Source: Anthoceros angustus (Eukaryota; Plantae; Anthocerotophyta). From it: a stretch of 64,000 nt of DNA. Positions 60,850-64,000 of the stretch are shown piece by piece. Within the stretch, counting starts at the first letter, position 1. Each line of letters begins with the position of its first letter. The position numbers and the translations under genes were made by a program. The stretch is from the NCBI GenBank assembly GCA_010909165.1, contig MU008172.1, forward strand, positions 558,001-622,000, read 5' to 3'. Under the pieces are notes generated by a model that worked only from the letters and a program-made list of their open reading frames with translations, had not been told where the DNA came from and ran no database searches.

Positions 60850-63800
60850 CTTCAAACCGACCTCGGTTCAGTTTGAAGCGCGAGTCCGAGATGCCATAGT
60901 TCTGTAGGTAGTTTAGCTGGATTTTCGAGCTGAACTCTTTAATTCAAAACTAACAGCCCACTTGACGCTTAGTTCCATGAACTGAACTGAAATCAGTTTG
61001 AAACTGGGTCCGTAAGCGTCCGCTGTGTTCCGTTTGCAACCGTCACCATTCAAGGATAGGCTAGGTTGCCTTCCAAGTCGCCAATGAGGTGTCGCCATCC
61101 TCCATAATCCCCTGCTTGAACGCAGTGAGGATCCACCTCTGCACGGCTGAGATGCATCCAAATGCGGTGGCGAGATGTTCGAAGCTTGTTGGCCAGTGCC
61201 ACTGCCTGCAAATCATGATGCTGCACGTGTAACGATGCATCAACCAAAATGCAACATAACAGTATTTGTCACAGACTTCAGATTCTGTGTAACTAGAGGT
61301 GTTAAACCGTGTTGCTGACATCGTCTGGGACCGTGTTATACCCGACATAGAATACTGCGATATCCAAAGTCATAAAACCGCCTCATTTCCAGTAGTGCAG
61401 GTAGCATTGCGTGATCGATAAGAGCGACAACCTTCACCACCATGATGATTGAATGGTGGCAGTCCTCCAGCACCAGGGCCGACCCGCTTTCTGCTCCACG
61501 CCCTGCAGGGAACACCATGCCGCACCATTGCATTCCATCTCATAAGTTGCTAGCGCTAGCCCATCTGGAAGTTCCAATACTTGCACAGACGAGGTCCAGC
61601 ATACCTAATCCCGTCATATCCACCGCTCTAATCCATATCCAGTACCTACGCCCCAGCCCTAATCTGCATTCCCTGCACTTACGCTCTAGGCGCCTCCTGC
61701 TCACCCTCTGACCCTGCCCGCCACTTGACCTGATTTGTGTCTGAATGCCATCACTAGCCTAACCTGGGGAGTAAAACGGGTGTACTCGCTCTGACCACTT
61801 GCCGTTTCTACAAGGCTGATTACCTCGCGCCCCATATTACGCTCACATACCGCAGCATACATTGCTATGACCTCCATCGACTCCCTCGAATTGCTCAGTT
61901 TATGGGACTCAGGCCCTTGCTAGTAATTGTCCCCTTGGGTTGGGGACCCTGTCGCTTCTCTTATACCCTTTTTTTTTCTTCTCATCCCTTCCTAAGGGTG
62001 GACGGGACTCCCTAGAATGAGCTCGAAAGCACGAGAGTCAATGTTATGTAAAGGTAAAAGGTAAAAAGGAGTGTCGGAAAATCGCTGGGAGACGGGATCT
62101 AATGCATCTGACAGATCCAATAGGCCTTTTCGAGCAGGGGATCATAATATCGAGATCTTACGTTGTTCTCTTACAAACAGTATTGGTTATGTGCATTTCT
62201 GAGAGAATGTGTCCAAGAGAGGGCCAATTAGGGGTGGTCAGGGTGGACTGCAGTTCTAACGGCATTTTAGAACGCCGCCTGCATGAATGCAGCCTTTTCT
62301 CTGGCAGTGCCCCTGGAGTGGAGCAGATGTGCCTGATTTCCTGATTTCGGAGTGTGGGCGACGAAGAGGAAGTTTGCAAGTTGGGGCAAAGAAGTGTGAA
62401 GCGTACAGCGCAATAGCCAGAAGCAGGGTTCATAATAAACAAGGAGAGGCGTGTGGGGCACCACGCTCCTGGCACACGATCCCTGCAAATGGCAAGTGAG
62501 AGTCGGGGCCCGGGATGGATGGATAGCATAAAGTCAAGGGAGGCGCACAAAGCCTATACCGGATTCTCCACGTGGTTGGGAGTTTGTCCTGCGGGATCTG
62601 GTGCAGTGAAGGGCCTGCCTGTACTGTGAACTGAATGCTCCTCCTCAAAGCAAGCCAGGCTCACCAGAAGCGGATGAGAAGGAAGCCAGGAAGAAGATGA
62701 GGCATCCGGAGACGGAAGGTATCTGATCGCATTGCGCTGAGCTGCTGCCGGTACCGGAGCCGATGTGAAGAGTGCGAACTCGGTCCCACATCCGGCCGAG
62801 AATCAAAGCAAAGGAGGGCCACTGGCGTGAATGATATTTTTCCCGGCCTAGCACGATACGAGGCGGCGGGTCCCACAGCTCGCCGGGAAAGGCCAGACGG
62901 GACGGGACGGGACGGGGTTGCCGGGTTACGGGGTTCCTTCCTTCCATCCTTCCTTCCATAAGTTCCATGCCGACACGATGCGTCCTCTTCGGCTCCGGAT
63001 GAGAGGTCTCCATCCAGGGGCCAGGGCCAGAAGCCACCTGCCCAACGGCACCTGAAGGGCACCGTGATATTGGTAGCACCTGCTGCCAGCGGTGTCCCAG
63101 GATGCATGATTCCTTCCCCCCGGGCCCTTCTGGGCAGGGGCGAATGGCGTGCTTCTGCTTTCCGCCATGGCTTGCAAGCTAGGGGAACAAAAATGATCTA
63201 GGACATACTTTTACATACCAGGCCGCAAGTTTTGTACGTAGCCTGGCTCATTATCCATCCCGGATTCAACACGTCGTGTGGACGATCAGGGGAAGGATAG
63301 ATGCGCTGGATTCCCCGCCCCACCCACTGCCAGCCTTCTGTTTCTCTCTCTCTTCCTGATACACCACACGTTTGGAAAGACTTGCGAGATATGCGTGCTA
63401 CAGTGGATGCAGGCGTGCGCTTGTTGGAGAGGCCCATGGCATCGCATCGGCTTTGGGCAAGCAATGGCAGCAATTGCAGGCCCAGAGCCCTGCAGCAGCT
63501 CCCACTCCTTTGACCATCTTCTTCGTCTGCCATGTATGTAAATGCGATGCAAGCGTGCTATGTAATTAGTTGACCGTGGCCGCCTGCAAAGATCACCTCC
63601 AGAGCAGGCAGAAAGGGGCCTGGGCCCCCTGGGCTGGGACCCATCTCCAGGCATGGGCCCTGACCCGCTTCTGGGGCTACTTGCACTTGCACTTGTTGTC
63701 TTTCATTGCCCAGCAGGAGCAGGAGCAGGAGCAGCAGCAGGCGATGATGTCACCCTTCCGCTTGTGAGCTACACCTTTTCCCCTTTTAGCTATCTACCAG

Positions 63801-64000
63801 GCTACTGTTACCCCAGCCAGCCCCAGACTCCAACGAATCCCGACTCCAACCCGACCTCCCCCAGTCCCACCATTGTGTGTAGCTCTGCCACATCTCCTTG
63901 TCCTGGCCCCTGGCTTCTGGCAACACCTCTGCGACACACACGGAGTGCCATATCAGCTGCAGGCTGCGCTAGCCGGCTCTTCCCCTTGCTTGCTTCCGTC
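60850..64000. other. Unassigned, moderately GC-rich, gene-like or regulatory sequence
   Basis: Non-repetitive, composition like the gene island, short simple repeats (GACGG, CAGGAG); no protein family recognised. Confidence 0.25.

Noticed and set aside
61560-61980. Possible LINE 3' remnant
   Set aside because: C-rich with a T-tract but no diagnostic motif; too weak to call.
1-64000. tRNA, rRNA, snRNA genes and DIRS or tyrosine-recombinase elements
   Set aside because: No cloverleaf or T-loop consensus, rRNA-like tract or R-H-R-Y recombinase motifs were spotted by eye; tRNAscan-SE/Infernal would be needed to exclude them formally.

Overview
Eukaryotic, plant-type genomic DNA, probably from a non-seed land plant (inferred from short introns, GC-rich genes and the retroelement types). 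About 80% of the window is transposon-derived. There is a small gene island at 17.9-24.9 kb: a 6-exon eIF3j gene, a convergent intronless PsbP-domain gene (PPD8-like) and a type I MADS-box gene with a C-terminal tandem-repeat tail. A damaged paralogue of the MADS gene lies 35 kb downstream at 59.0-60.0 kb. Between the paralogues is a nested TE stack. A Ty1/copia element is interrupted by (i) a complete 14.46-kb non-chromo Ty3/gypsy element with 4.2/4.5-kb LTRs and a CTTAG target-site duplication (TSD), (ii) a 2.3-kb element with ~30-bp terminal inverted repeats (TIRs) and a TTCC TSD, and (iii) a Tat-like element with two tandem extra RNase H domains and an inverted RT core. The strongest candidate for an undescribed system is three Ty3/gypsy families whose 4-5 kb LTRs carry a homologous large ORF inside U3, upstream of a shared TATAAGAGG promoter motif, analogous to U3-encoded retroviral accessory genes. 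Caveat: the TE copies are full of 1-bp indels while eIF3j and PPD8 read cleanly. This looks like unpolished long-read error in repeats, so frameshifts and some tandem duplications may be assembly artefacts.
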